From: Octopus bimaculoides
Taxonomy: Eukaryota
Direction of reading: 5' to 3'
DNA length: 55,185 nucleotides
Assembly: GCF_001194135.2 (NCBI RefSeq)
Contig: NC_068988.1
Location: forward strand, 38,265,172-38,320,356
The notes beneath the pieces are model-generated. The model saw only the letters and a list, made by a program, of their open reading frames with translations, searched no databases and had not been told where the DNA came from. The position numbers and the translations under genes were made by a program. Of the stretch, positions 1 through 12,959 are shown piece after piece. Numbering within the stretch: position 1 is the first letter of the stretch; every line of letters starts with the position of its first letter.

Positions 1-176
1 TGAGAGAGAACATTAACTAATTCTAAATGACAATTAATAATCGTTTCTACAACAATTTATTTTCTTGAATTTAATTTAACTTTTTAGGATTGTATGTATA
101 TCAATAAACATCTACTTGAACACAAAATGCATGAGTACTGGGAAGTTAAAGAGTGAGTACATCTCTTTGGAACACC

Positions 177-255
<79 letters not shown>

Positions 256-569
256 TATATATAACTTGTTTAACATCTCTCAGCAAGAGACTGTGTGTCG
301 ATAGCCAGTTGGAAAAGATGTTTTCCTGGGGCTTAAACAACAGTAACATCGTCCTTTACAGGACTGCCACATTCTGTTAGCAGAGAAACTTTACTATTTT
401 ATATTGTTACTGTATATATCTTACTGAGAGATTTAAAACAAGTTGTTTTTCCCTGTATGAGATCAGCAACTGTGTGTTACTTAAAGAATATATAGTGTTT
501 GCGAGATGTTTTCCCGGGGCTTAAAAAACAGTAACATCATCCTTTATAGGACCGCCACATTCTGTTGGA

Positions 570-670
570 ATCTGGAGAAGTCCCTCAGCTTACCAGCCCT
601 GGTCAAACCATCCAACCCATGCCAGCATGGTCAACAGACATTAAATAATGATGATGATGATGATGATGAT
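570..670 (+). mobile_element. RTE-type LINE 3' end fragment with (GAT)n tail
   Basis: ccagccctggtcaaaccatccaacccatgccagcatgg...ttaaatAATGATGATGAT matches the 3' terminus seen at 26236-26537 and 54300-54432. Confidence 0.75.
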
Positions 671-1395
671 ATACATACATATATNNNNNNNNNNNNNNNN
701 NNNNNNNNNNNNNNNNNNNNNNNNNNNNNNNNNNNNNNNNNNNNNNNNNNNNNNNNNNNNNNNNNNNNNNNNNNNNNNNNNNNNNNNNNNNNNNNNNNNN
801 NNNNNNNNNNNNNNNNNNNNNNNNNNNNNNNNNNNNNNNNNNNNNNNNNNNNNNNNNNNNNNNNNNNNNNNNNNNNNNNNNNNNNNNNNNNNNNNNNNNN
901 NNNNNNNNNNNNNNNNNNNNNNNNNNNNNNNNNNNNNNNNNNNNNNNNNNNNNNNNNNNNNNNNNNNNNNNNNNNNNNNNNNNNNNNNNNNNNNNNNNNN
1001 NNNNNNNNNNNNNNNNNNNNNNNNNNNNNNNNNNNNNNNNNNNNNNNNNNNNNNNNNNNNNNNNNNNNNNNNNNNNNNNNNNNNNNNNNNNNNNNNNNNN
1101 NNNNNNNNNNNNNNNNNNNNNNNNNNNNNNNNNNNNNNNNNNNNNNNNNNNNNNNNNNNNNNNNNNNNNNNNNNNNNNNNNNNNNNNNNNNNNNNNNNNN
1201 NNNNNNNNNNNNNNNNNNNNNNNNNNNNNNNNNNNNNNNNNNNNNNNNNNNNNNNNNNNNNNNNNNNNNNNNNNNNNNNNNNNNNNNNNNNNNNNNNNNN
1301 NNNNNNNNNNNNNNNNNNNNNNNNNNNNNNNNNNNNNNNNNNNNNNNNNNNNNNNNNNNNNNNNNNNNNNNNNNNNNNNNNNNNNNNNNNNNNNN

Positions 1396-1452
<57 letters not shown>

Positions 1453-1994
1453 TATATATATGATGAGCTTCTTTCAGAGTTTTTGGTTTGTCTGAAGTTA
1501 TAGTAAAAGACACTCAGCCAAGGTGTCACTGTGGTTGGGAAGCAAACTTCTTACTATGCGGGATATATGTGTGTATATATATATATACACACATATATAT
1601 CCATATACATATACGCACATACATATATATACACACATATATATATATATACATACATTACACACACATACACACACCACACACATTCATAGAATGTGCT
1701 TGCTAGTAAAAACTACAAACTACAATAAAGAACTCAATACCTATTTAGTGAAGTATAACAAAATTTTCTTATATTGTCTTGACATTAGATGTAGTTGTTT
1801 TGTGCAGAGATCTTAGTCAAGCTCATTGAGTGAAAATATAATTTTCACCCTGGCCAATAGCAGTTGGTGAGGCTGGAATGACTCTGCTGATTGCCATTGA
1901 TGTAGATGACACATATCATTGGAGTATGAGCTTACAGTGCACATGCTATTTCATGTAGAGTATGTGTGTTGGTAGAACCAAGTTTTGATTGAGT

Positions 1995-2530
1995 CTCTTT
2001 ATAACATTCAGATTACCCAGTCAAATGTAAATTCTTGTTTATTCATAATGTTTTGAATTAATTGTGTATTGTTTCAGAGCTTTGAGATTTTGACTGTGAG
2101 ATTCTTTTATCTTTTACTTGTTTCAGTCATTATACTGTGGCCATGCTGGAGTACTGCCTTGAAGAGTTTTAGTTGAACAAATCAGTCCCAGTGACTGAGG
2201 GGAGCAAACACAGACACAAAGACACACACATAGTTATATACATATATATGACAGGCTTCTTTCAGTTTCTGTCTATCAAATCCACTCACAAGGCTTTGGT
2301 TGGCCCAAGGCTATAGTAGAAGACACTTGACCAAGGTACCACACAAAGAGACTGAACCTGGAACCATGAGGTTGAGAAGCAAACTTCTTATTGCACAGCC
2401 ATGCCTACACCTATGTTTATTGACAAATGACATTGTGGTGTAGGTGTGAGAGGCCAGATTGGGCCAGTGTGAACATAAAACAGGTAGATTATTTGGGCCA
2501 GATATGGCCAGCTTAAATGCTAAGGGTTAA
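1995..2530. mobile_element. piggyBac-like MITE interrupted by a SINE (2102-2416)
   Basis: Right end aaatgctaagGG-TTAA (TTAA at 2527-2530) is piggyBac-like; left end degenerate; family recognised partly from memory. Confidence 0.4.
2102..2416 (-). mobile_element. SINE family A (tRNA-derived), internally deleted
   Basis: Same head and tail as the full copy at 46046-46638. Confidence 0.8.
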
Positions 2531-2713
2531 AACAATGATCTAACAATGTCACTGGAATGAGAACCAACAGCAACACCAAGATGCAGCCTGTTGATTTCTA
2601 TGAAAGTGGGTGGTGCAAAAATACAATGCAAGACCCACACCATTCAGCCAATGGAAGGTGCAACTGAAAGAGCTCCTGTACTTTGTAAATGTTGTTAATG
2701 ACTGGAAACTTTA

Positions 2714-2935
2714 AGGCAGCATGCTGGCAGAATCATTAGCACGCCAGGCAAAATGCTTAGTGACATTTCATCTGTTTATATGTTCTGAGTTCAAATTCTG
2801 CAAAGGTCAACTTTATCTTTCATCTTTCTGGGGTTGATAAATTAAGTTCTAGCTGAGTACTGGGGTCGATGTAATTGAATTACCCCTACCCTAAAATTGC
2901 TGGCCTTATGCCAACATTTGAAATCAATGACTGGA
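2714..2935 (+). mobile_element. SINE family B (tRNA-derived)
   Basis: GGCAGCATGCTGGCAGAATCATTAGC head, GAGTTCAAATTC B-box, central tttcatctttctggggttgataaattaag. Confidence 0.8.
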
Positions 2936-3637
2936 AGCTTCAGATCTATTTGTAGAAAGTGTTCCTGTTCGTAAGCCATATTACAACAAAACAACACTCT
3001 GATCTTATGGCATGGTCTGAAATGACCAAAAAAAAAAAAAAAATTGTCTAAAATATTGAGTTGATGGTCCTTTAGGCTGGTGTGAGGACCATATGGTGTG
3101 GTTATATAAACTTAAAAGCCTAAAATAACAAAAAAATTTGGGAATTGTGTAAGAGATAGGAATATCAACATATGATGCTTCCTTAGGATGTACAAATAGG
3201 ATGTTGATGGTTGAGTTAGGGTGCCTTGATGGTGGTGGCGGAGGGAACTATATGGAGTGGGTATATGAAATGAAGTGCCAGAAATACGGAGGAAGGAATT
3301 TGTGAATTGTGTGAGGCTTAGGAATATCAATGTACAGTGATTCCTGTGGGATGTACATATAGAATGTTGAGGATTGATTTTATGCTTTGGGCTGACAATA
3401 TGGAGTGTGGAGTGGGTGTGCTTAAAATATGAAGAACTAAAGGACTTGTGTGAAGTATGAGACAATCAGTGTACAGCAAGTTTCGTGAGAGATACATATG
3501 AGATGTCGATGGTTTGCAGTTAGATTGACCATGTCCTACCTGGTTGGCCTTGGATATAGTAAGGAAAACAGAACCATGATTCATAATCTGGCGTAGGAGG
3601 CAGAAATGCTTTCTTTGTAGATATGGCGAACCCATAG

Positions 3638-3872
3638 AGGCAGTGAGCTGGCAGAAACATTAGCATGCCGGGCGAAATGCTTACCAGTATTTCGTCTGCT
3701 GTTATGTTCTGAGTTCAAATTCCGCCAAGGTCGACTTTGCCGTTCATCCTTTCGGGGTCGATAAATTAAGTACCAGTGGCGCACTGGGGTCAATGTAATC
3801 GATTTAATCCCTTTGTCTGTCCTTGTTTGTGTCCTCTATGTTTAGCCCCGTGTGGGCAATAGAGAAATAAGA
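3638..3872 (+). mobile_element. SINE family B, tail variant i
   Basis: A-box-like TGGCAGAAACATTAGC, B-box GAGTTCAAATTCC, tail tttgtctgtccttgtttgt...gggcaatagagaaataag. Confidence 0.85.
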
Positions 3873-4199
3873 TATGACAAACCCATGAGAAAGAAAGATG
3901 AAGGCCAATAAATAAATAGATAAATAAATAAATTTATAAATAATAACAAAAATAATAATAATCAACTGTTCTATTGGGGATGGCTAGGATTTTAAGATTG
4001 GTGATTGGGTGTTGAGTGTTCTTCCTTGATAAATTAACATCCAGGTACCAAAGCTTACAATTTGCATAAAGAGACCTTGTGAGACCTCTGACAACAGGTT
4101 GCTGTCTGCTCTCACAGTATCGACCAGAGTAAGTAAGCCCGAGAACTCTGAGAAGTAAAGTAATAATGATAATAATAAATACTACTACTAATAAATAAC

Positions 4200-4713
4200 T
4201 CTTTCTACTATAGACACAAGGCCTGGGATTTGAGGGAGGGGGATAGTTGATTACATTGATCCCAGTACTCAACTGGTACTTATTTTATTGACCCTAAAAG
4301 GATGGAAAGTAAAGTTGACCTTAGCGGAATTTGAATTCAGAATGTAGCAGCAGACAAAATACCACTAAGCATTTTGTCCGGCATATTAACAATTCTGTCA
4401 GCTTGCTACCTTAATAATAATAACAACAACAACAACAACAATAATGATGATGATGATGATGATGATAATAATAATAATAATAATAACAACAACAATAATA
4501 ATCCTTTCTACTATAGGCACAAGGCCTGAAATTTTGGAGGAGGGGACTAAATAATTACATCGACCCCAGTGTTTCACTGGTACTTAATTTATCAACCCTG
4601 AAAGGATGAAAACAAAGTCGACCTTAGCGGAATTTGAACTCAGAATGTAGGGGCAGATGAAATACTGCTAAGCATTTCGCTCTGCATGCTAACAATTCTG
4701 CCAGCTTGCCATC

Positions 4714-4808
<95 letters not shown>

Positions 4809-4841
4809 TATTAATAATTAATAATAATAATAATAATAATG

Positions 4842-4882
<41 letters not shown>

Positions 4883-4977
4883 TGATGATAATAGTAATGA
4901 TAATAATAATACTTTATATTATAGGCATAAGGCTTAATGTTTTGGGGGAGGGGTAAGTCAGTTACATCGACCCTAGT
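4200..4977 (-). mobile_element. Head-to-tail array of three SINE B copies (about 4200-4411, 4502-4714, and tail-only 4915-4977) separated by (AAT)n
   Basis: Three reverse-complement copies, each abutting an (ATT)n tail. Confidence 0.85.
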
Positions 4978-5159
4978 GAATGTTACAAGTGTGGGGCTAA
5001 AAGTTTTGGGCATTCTCTGATGACATCAATGTTGCTCGGCAATGTTAGAGGGAGCATTGCAACAGAAGGGGCTGAAATTGTTGAGATCACCAGTTGATGA
5101 CTCATGAAAGCATTGTCTTGTTGTGCAAACTGATTATCACACTAACACAGATACACACA

Positions 5160-5249
<90 letters not shown>

Positions 5250-6944
5250 TATATATGTGTGTGTGAGTGTTTGTGATTGTGTATATAAACTCATAAATCT
5301 TACTATTGGAACATCTGTTTATATAAGTGTGTATATTATAAAGAACACCATTTGTTGTACTGTAATTACACCATCTGATTGGCTGTTACTTTCAGCTGCA
5401 ATGTTTCCTTCACTAAATGTTATTTTTTTTGTTTGCTTTCATCCTCAATTAAAAGTTTTTTTGTTTTTCTTTTTTCTATATAATGACTTCTTTCCTCCGA
5501 CAATTGTTCATAAAGAATAAGAAAAATACAAAAAAAAACCCAGCAAAAAGACACAAATCAAGAATGCCAAGAAAAAAAAAATGCAGCAAAAAAACGTCAA
5601 ATGTACATAAATGTAAGTTGGTACCTTTCTGAAAAGGAACCATTATTCACAGACTTGGCAAGTTTCAGGATAATCAAACGAGCTGTCTGTCAAAAGAAGA
5701 AATACTTATTAAATACCATTACTATTCTATATTATCGTATATNNNNNNNNNNNNNNNNNNNNNNNNNNNNNNNNNNNNNNNNNNNNNNNNNNNNNNNNNN
5801 NNNNNNNNNNNNNNNNNNNNNNNNNNNNNNNNNNNNNNNNNNNNNNNNNNNNNNNNNNNNNNNNNNNNNNNNNNNNNNNNNNNNNNNNNNNNNNNNNNNN
5901 NNNNNNNNNNNNNNNNNNNNNNNNNNNNNNNNNNNNNNNNNNNNNNNNNNNNNNNNNNNNNNNNNNNNNNNNNNNNNNNNNNNNNNNNNNNNNNNNNNNN
6001 NNNNNNNNNNNNNNNNNNNNNNNNNNNNNNNNNNNNNNNNNNNNNNNNNNNNNNNNNNNNNNNNNNNNNNNNNNNNNNNNNNNNNNNNNNNNNNNNNNNN
6101 NNNNNNNNNNNNNNNNNNNNNNNNNNNNNNNNNNNNNNNNNNNNNNNNNNNNNTGTTATCCAGAATATGAATGAGACATTGCAAGCAAGAGGTGTCACTC
6201 CTCTGAACCCGATAAATAATATACATTTCCATTTAATATTTAATACATTAACCCCTTCCTCAGGACAAAAGGAAAGGAATAACAGGAAATGCTGCAGTGA
6301 CAGTTCTCAATACCTTTATACTTGCACTACAGTGGTATTATATAGCTAGCAAGCTTTCTAGATCTGACCTCAAGGGCAATCACCATCATCATCATCATCA
6401 CCATCACCACCGCCACCACCACCACTACCACCAAAGCCACCACCACCACCACCAAAATTGTCATCGCAACCATCATCGTTTCCTCTATGCATAAAAATTT
6501 TCCATTATTTCCCCAAATCATCCAAAGAATCTTGGATTTGTTGTCTGGGAGATTAGACCAGATTCTGAAAGATGAAAAATAATAACGTTAAAACAATTTT
6601 CTGAAAATATGTAACAGGAATCGTGACCAGAATGCTTTTGCTGTGACTCCCAGATTTCAGATGATATAAACGGTTCTCGTGTCAAGCACAATAATCACAG
6701 CTGAGGAATCAAAATTGTTTTGAAAGCTTTTCATATTTGTGAAATATAACATATTTTCTCACATTCCAACACCCAAACCAAAAGAGCCAGTATTCTACAA
6801 TTGGAGTATCTCATTTTGCTCTAAATCAAAACAAAATTGGTATGGTTTCTTTTCTTCTTTTTTTCTGACACTTTTAATAAATAGGTCAGTGTATCTTTTA
6901 GTTAACCACTAACTAACTTTTGGATATTCGTTATTCATCATTTT

Positions 6945-7165
6945 CACATCCACTTTTCCATGCGTGCATGGGTTGGATGGAGTTTATTGGAGAGAGATTT
7001 TCTATGGCTGGATGCTCTTCCTGTTGCCAGCCCTCACCTTTCCAAGGAAAGTAATCTTTCTCTATAGCTAGACATGTTCTCAGAGAATATTGGAAATGAA
7101 TGATACTGCTTGCATAATGGTAATGATTGATTTACAACCATTATGCAATGTCAAGACAAAGAGAC
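6945..7165 (-). mobile_element. RTE-tailed short element (family E)
   Basis: Reverse complement aligns with 15620-15850 and 36760-37050; ends in the RTE-type caacccatgca...gat tail. Confidence 0.65.
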
Positions 7166-7173
7166 ACAAACAT

Positions 7174-7216
<43 letters not shown>

Positions 7217-7409
7217 TATAAATTAAAAGGGTGGCTCATTAGCAATTAGAACTTAAAATTAATAGAGGTCACAAAAGTGACGGAGTGTACTGACTAACAC
7301 TACTTATGCTACCTCTGTTACTCATTAAATATAGTGCTTTAGTGGCTTTGGAGTTAATTTAACTCTTATCTTAGCATAAGCAGTGCTACTCAGCAGTACC
7401 CTCCAACAA

Positions 7410-8083
7410 TGTGAAGAACATTATTTTATTATTGTACAGAATCCACTTTTCATTACAAGTTACAATACGGTCGAGAAATAGATCGGTCTGGTTATGGAGA
7501 AGCGACGAACAAATTTCATATCTGCGCATTTTCTGATTTTCATTCAAATTGTGTGGTACCCATTTGTTGAGCACTTTTTTGATTTTCCAGATGCATGCAA
7601 ATGTTTTCAGGCAGTTTTCTGACTTACTTGAAGTTCTTTTGCCAGCTTTTGAGTGGTTTTATGTGAATCTTTCTCAATGACAGCCTTTAATCGATGACAG
7701 ATGGACATCCACTGCATTCACAATCTTCAAGGTTCAGGTACCCCCTGCAAAATTATTTAAACCATTTTTGAGATGACCACTCGCTGGTCATTTCCTCACC
7801 AAACGTTTCATTGATATCACAAACAGTTTCAGCTGCTTTACATCCCTTTTTGAAGTTGAATAACAAAATTGCTCGAATATCACACTTTGACAGTTCCATC
7901 TCAGATGATTGTAACAGCGGTGACAAAATATCAATGCTAATTTATTGATGCATTTGGGCAAGTGTATGTCTGTATTATCAGACAATTGCCAAAAAAATGT
8001 TTTAAAAGATTCAAAACTCTGCAAAATTCCAGTACAAATTTTGCATGAATCAAAACGTTGCTTACTTTTTACTCAACCTAATA
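7410..8083 (-). mobile_element. mariner transposon, 5' half, decayed (Hsmar1-like TIR)
   Basis: TA + TTAGGTTGAGTAAAAAGTAAGCAACG TIR at 8083; ATG at 7899 gives MELSKCDIRAILLFNFKKG...; motifs WVPHNL and RIVTCNEKWILYNN; stops and frameshifts; 3' half missing. Confidence 0.9.
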
Positions 8084-8511
8084 TATATATGATGGGCTTC
8101 TTTCAGTTTCTGTCTACCAAATTCATTTAGCCTTGGGCTATAGTAAAAGACATTTGTTCAAGTTGCCACAGAGTGAGACCGAACCCAGTACCATGTGGTT
8201 GGGGAGCAAACTTTTTATCATTCCACTACGGCTGCATTTCTGATAATCTGATATTTTTCTCGTTTTTTTTTTTTTCCATCATTTTTTAAATTTTTGGCAG
8301 AGCTATTGGAATTTGGAGAACTTTGTTGTTGTAGTTTAGTTCATGGTCAGACCTGGTCCAGAGACTTATGGTGAAACATGTTCCATCTATGACCACACAA
8401 TCTGTTTTCCATACATAATGTACCCATGTTTGGTAGTAAAAATTATTGGAGGCTTATGTTTGGGGGCATTTTTGTAATATATGTGCATGAGAGATTTAAA
8501 GTTTTTAGAAG

Positions 8512-9200
8512 TACAGAGTGTTCAGGTTAAATTTGGTGGTTTGCATAAAAGGAAAGCAGGACACAATATCCCATCCAAAAATGAAAGTATTTAAAAAATT
8601 CAAAAAATATCAACTAGATTATGGTTGGGAGATAACATTTTACACAAAGTAGCCACTGTCAACTTCCACCATGGCAGGTTTTCTTCACTGTGTCCCTGAG
8701 AAGACCTTCAAACACCTCCAAGATCTTGGTCACCATTTCAGCCTTGATGCTGCAGGCAGAGCATTTGGTGTCTTTCTCAATCATACCCCACACATAATAA
8801 TCTATGGGATTACAAATGGAGGTATTAGGAAGCTGGAAATTAGGGCTGGTGAAGTCGTAGATATTCTCTGACAACCACCTCTAGCTCTTTCTGGAGTTAT
8901 GGCAAGGAACCAAATCCTGCTTCCACACAAATGACTTTCCAGCAGCAGCAATCCTCTTCAACAAGGGTTTGACCACAGTCTCCATCAGCTTCACATAACC
9001 ATCTGAATTGAGTCTATGGCCCTGTTCAAAGATGCTGGGTGACATGACATCACCCTCACTGGAGACACATCCAAAAAACCATTTCAGTTTTGGAGATGAT
9101 GTCCATGTCATGTCCTACAACCTTTACAGTGTTCACAGAACATTGAGCAGTAGTAATGATGTCAACATTTTGATACTCAGTGCAAATCATCATGATACAT
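8512..9200 (-). mobile_element. maT/DD37D Tc1-mariner transposon, internally deleted and decayed
   Basis: FGCVSSEGDVM..FEQG.RLNSDGY, VWKQD (QQD), CNPIDYYVWG (SPDLNPxD-like); TA-CAGAGTG terminal sequence at 8512; upstream AQCSVNTVK N-terminal remnant. Confidence 0.85.
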
Positions 9201-9762
9201 GATATTTGACTTACTGCCCCTTTAAGTCATTGCTCTCTCATCTCTTTCTCACTCGCATCTCATGAATTCCTCAACTTAGGGCTTCCTTGTTATTCTGAAG
9301 ACATACTCATTTATAATCCTAACAATATTTGTTTTTTTGAGGCATATCAGCCAAGATAATGCCATATAATTATTTACGCATGTGCAAAGCTCTTAGCAAG
9401 GAAATTAAACCATTTATCAAATTTACAGTACTTTAAAATATTGGCACATCTAAAATGACGACATTCCCACCTCCCATTACATGCAACTGCGAACATAACT
9501 ATTCTAAACTCCTCTCCCACCACCCAAAACCACCACTCAGCACAACTGCTAACCCAATCACACTCTAAACCTCTTTCACTTTAATTCAGTTTATTTCCAA
9601 AAATAGCATTTGGCAATTGCAAAAATAGAGAAGATAATAAGATTTATCATCAAATTTAATTCTGTAAATGAATTATGGTGAAGGAAAAGGGCTTGAAGGG
9701 CAAGACAAAAGCAAACACAAACAAACAAACAAATAAATAAACAAAAAAATATAGGCAAATTA

Positions 9763-10339
9763 TGTGGTGGAAACAAAAAATAATAGAGCTGATGATTTTA
9801 CTCTTGATGTTGGTGGTGGCAGCAGCAGTGGGAGTGGTGGTGGTGTTTGTGATGGTAGTGGTGGTAGAAGTTATACTCAGAGTGGTGATGAAGGTGTTGT
9901 TAGTGTAGTGTTGATAATAAGGTCATTATGCTGAAGGAGTTGCTGTGGGTGACATTAATGACGATGGTGGTGGTGGTAGTGGTGGTGCTTTTGATTGTAA
10001 AGGTGATGGTGATGCTAGTGGTGATGGTGGTAGTGGTGGTGGCAGTAGTTGCTGCAGTGAAGGTGGTAGTTGTTTTATTAGATATAATCATTGTTCACCA
10101 ATCAGTGGTAAAAGCACCACCACTACCACCACCACCATCGTCATTAATGTCACCCACAGCAACTCCTTCAGCATAATGACCTTATTATCAACACTACACT
10201 AACAACACCTTCATCACCACTCTGAGTATAACTTCTACCACCACTACCATCACAAACACCACCACCACTCCCACTGCTGCTGCCACCACCAACATCAAGA
10301 GTAAAATCATCAGCTCTATTATTTTTTGTTTCCACCACA
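9763..10339. repeat. 230-bp inverted repeat (9763-9992 / 10110-10339), no mismatch seen, 117-bp spacer
   Basis: Arms compared by eye; the ORF track shows identical peptides on opposite strands. Confidence 0.95.
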
Positions 10340-10589
10340 AATAAGCAAAAACACAAAGGCAATTGCAATAAAAATCAATGCCTGATGCCACTACTAGGCA
10401 GCCAAAAAGCACAAGAAGAGATATTGATATTTCGGGCAATTTGCCCTTTATCAAGATAGACAGGCAGAGGAAAATAAAATAAAAATTTTCAGTGCAGAAA
10501 CAAATGTTATGAAACAAGCATGGTTGGTGATAGTCTACTAGAAGGAGCTGTATATCATGGTAGTAGATAGGTTGATAAAATAATGATGT

Positions 10590-10800
10590 TTATATTTGTT
10601 TAACCTCTAGGTCAGTCTTTTAATTAAAGGTATTCCAGATTTGACTATTCCTGCTTTTTCTTTTTTTCAAAATCAGTGCCTTTAGGACTACATTATTCAA
10701 TGTGTCCTTCCTTTTTTAAGACAGTAGGGTGTAATTTTTAGATGATATGGCTGCTATTTTTAGCAAGTTGAGTGACCACCTAGATCCACCCTTGCTGATT
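10590..10800 (-). mobile_element. Interspersed repeat family F (retroposon 3' end with (CAA)n tail); related copies near 19570, 27040, 28310, 30030, 31090, 34750, 38830, 51080
   Basis: Shared gatttggctgctatttctagca and tccaatgtgtcc motifs; sense copies end in AAC repeats (31278, 38990). Confidence 0.7.
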
Positions 10801-10949
10801 TAAGATATTTGTTTGTTTCTTATCATTATCATTATCATCATCATCATTGTTTAATGTCCATTTTCCATGCTGGTATGGGTTGGACAGTTTAGTGTGGAGC
10901 TGGCCAGCTGGGAACTGTCCAGACTCAAATTGTCTATTATTTTTTAATT

Positions 10950-11312
10950 TTTTACTTGGTTTAGCCATTAGACTGTGGCTATGCTGGAGCACCACTTTAA
11001 AAAGTTTAGTTGAACAAATCAACCCCAGTACTTATTTTTTAAGTCTATCACTCCCTTTAGTTGAAACTCGTAAGTTACAGGGATGTAAGCAGATGAACAC
11101 TAGTTGTCAAATAGTGGGAGGAACATACACAAACACACCCACACACAACTAGCTTCTTTCAGCTTCCAATTGCTATATTCACTCACAAGGCATTGATCAG
11201 CCCAGGGCAATAATAGAAAAAAAATTTACCCAAGATATCACACTGTGGTATTGAACCTGAAACCATGTGGCTGCAAAGTGGACTCCATAACCACACGTCC
11301 ATGCCTGCACCT
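10950..11312 (-). mobile_element. SINE family A
   Basis: Diverged full-length copy. Confidence 0.8.
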
Positions 11313-11419
11313 TGTACATATCTTCCTCTGTAATGTCTATAGTGTTCATTTAGGAGCAATGACACATCATGGATTCAGACACAAAAACGTTATAATATGT
11401 AGTTTATAAGCCTCTAGTA

Positions 11420-11767
11420 CAGGGGGTTCTCAACCATTTTTTTTTACCTATGGACCCCTTTCATTACTGTTTTATTCTGGTGGACCCCCATAGCCATTCA
11501 ATGTTTAAAAACTAGTTTTATAGAACTTCTTTCAAAATTCCTATTTTGTTTATCACGCATTCCCTTGTGTAGGTCAAGCTATGTAAAATGTCAGAGAAAG
11601 AAATCTAGCTGTTTCTTTGCAATACATACATCTAAAAGCAAAATATTTTCAGAGGCCCTTAAAATACTGTCATAGATACCCAATTTACTACTTGATTATA
11701 TTGGACCCCTACCCCAAATCTTATATGGATGCTCATGGGCCATGAGGATCCAAGTTGAGAACCACTA
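11420..11767. mobile_element. hAT (Charlie-type) MITE, 348 bp
   Basis: TIRs CAGGGGGTTCTCAAC / GTTGAGAACCACTA; 8-bp TSD ctctagta (11412-11419) / ctttagta (11768-11775), 7 of 8 identical and close to the NTCTAGAN preference. Confidence 0.85.
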
Positions 11768-11892
11768 CTTTAGTACTTGAATTCACATATTGTCCCTTTC
11801 AAGTTTACCTTGAAGTTATGGTTTTAGTCCATGATTTCCCTGACCAAACAGGCTTATTATCAAAGATGTTTCTGCCTTAACAATTATTCTTA

Positions 11893-12545
11893 ACTACTCT
11901 AGGCACAACGCCCAAAATTTTGGGGGAGGGGACCAGTCGATTAGATTGACTCCAGTACGCAACTGGTACTTCATTTATTGACCTCCCCGAAAGGATGAAA
12001 GGCAAAGTCGACCTTGGCAGAATTTGAACTCAGAATGTAAAGACATGAAATACCACTAAGCATTTCACCTGGTGTACTAACATTTCTTATTTCTTTATTG
12101 CCCACAAGGGGCTAAACATAGAGGGGGACAAACAAGGACGGACAAAGGAATTAAGTCGATTACATCGACTCCAGTGCATAAGTGGTACTTTATTTATCGA
12201 CCCCAAAAGGATGAAAGGCAAAGTTGAACTCAGAACGTAACAGCAGACGAAATACCGCTAAGCATTTCACCCGGCGTGCTAACGTTTCTGCCAGCTCACT
12301 GCTTTTGCCTTAACAACTATTAATAACATTAAGGCAATGAGTTAGCAGAATCATTTGCACACCAGGCAAAATGCAATGACATTTCATCTGTCTTTATGTT
12401 CTGAGTTCAAATTCTGTCATGGTCGACTTTGTCTTTCATCTTTTCGGGGTCAGTAAAATAAGTACCAGTTATGTACTGGAATCAATATTATCGACTTACC
12501 CATCCTAAAATTGCTGACCTTGTGCCAAAGTTTGAAATCAATTAT
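11893..12545. mobile_element. SINE B cluster: two minus copies (about 11893-12083, 12084-12303) and one plus copy (about 12330-12545)
   Basis: Head, B-box and central block recognisable in all three; three different tails. Confidence 0.85.
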
Positions 12546-12959
12546 TAATATTTTTATTTTGTTTTCCTTTCATGAGGTGCTGTTTTTTTGTCATTATTTA
12601 ATTTTATAATTAGAGTGATGTTATATTTGACATTTATAAATGGTAGAATGTCCCTTAACCAGGTTAGTAACTTGGAAAGCATGTTTATATATAAAGCCCA
12701 CATTGAAATAAAAAGATATCTAACTGTCTGTCTGTCTGTCTATGTATGTATGTATGTATCTATCTATCTATCTATCTATCCATCGTGGATGTGTTGACAT
12801 CAGCTCCTGTAAGTTGATTGAATTTCTCTTTCTTTATTTGGAATCTTTTCAAATCTTTTGGTCAAGGTGGTTCCTAATAAGCTCTGCTTTGGTCTAATTG
12901 ATTTTTCACTCAAAATTTGCCCTCAACGGGTAAATTTTGGACTTTAAAATATCATTTAC

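Noticed and set aside
506-1529. Long ORFs spanning N gaps (also near 5.6, 14, 28.4-29.2, 32, 46.2, 47.6 and 50 kb)
   Set aside because: N runs contain no stop codons; artefacts
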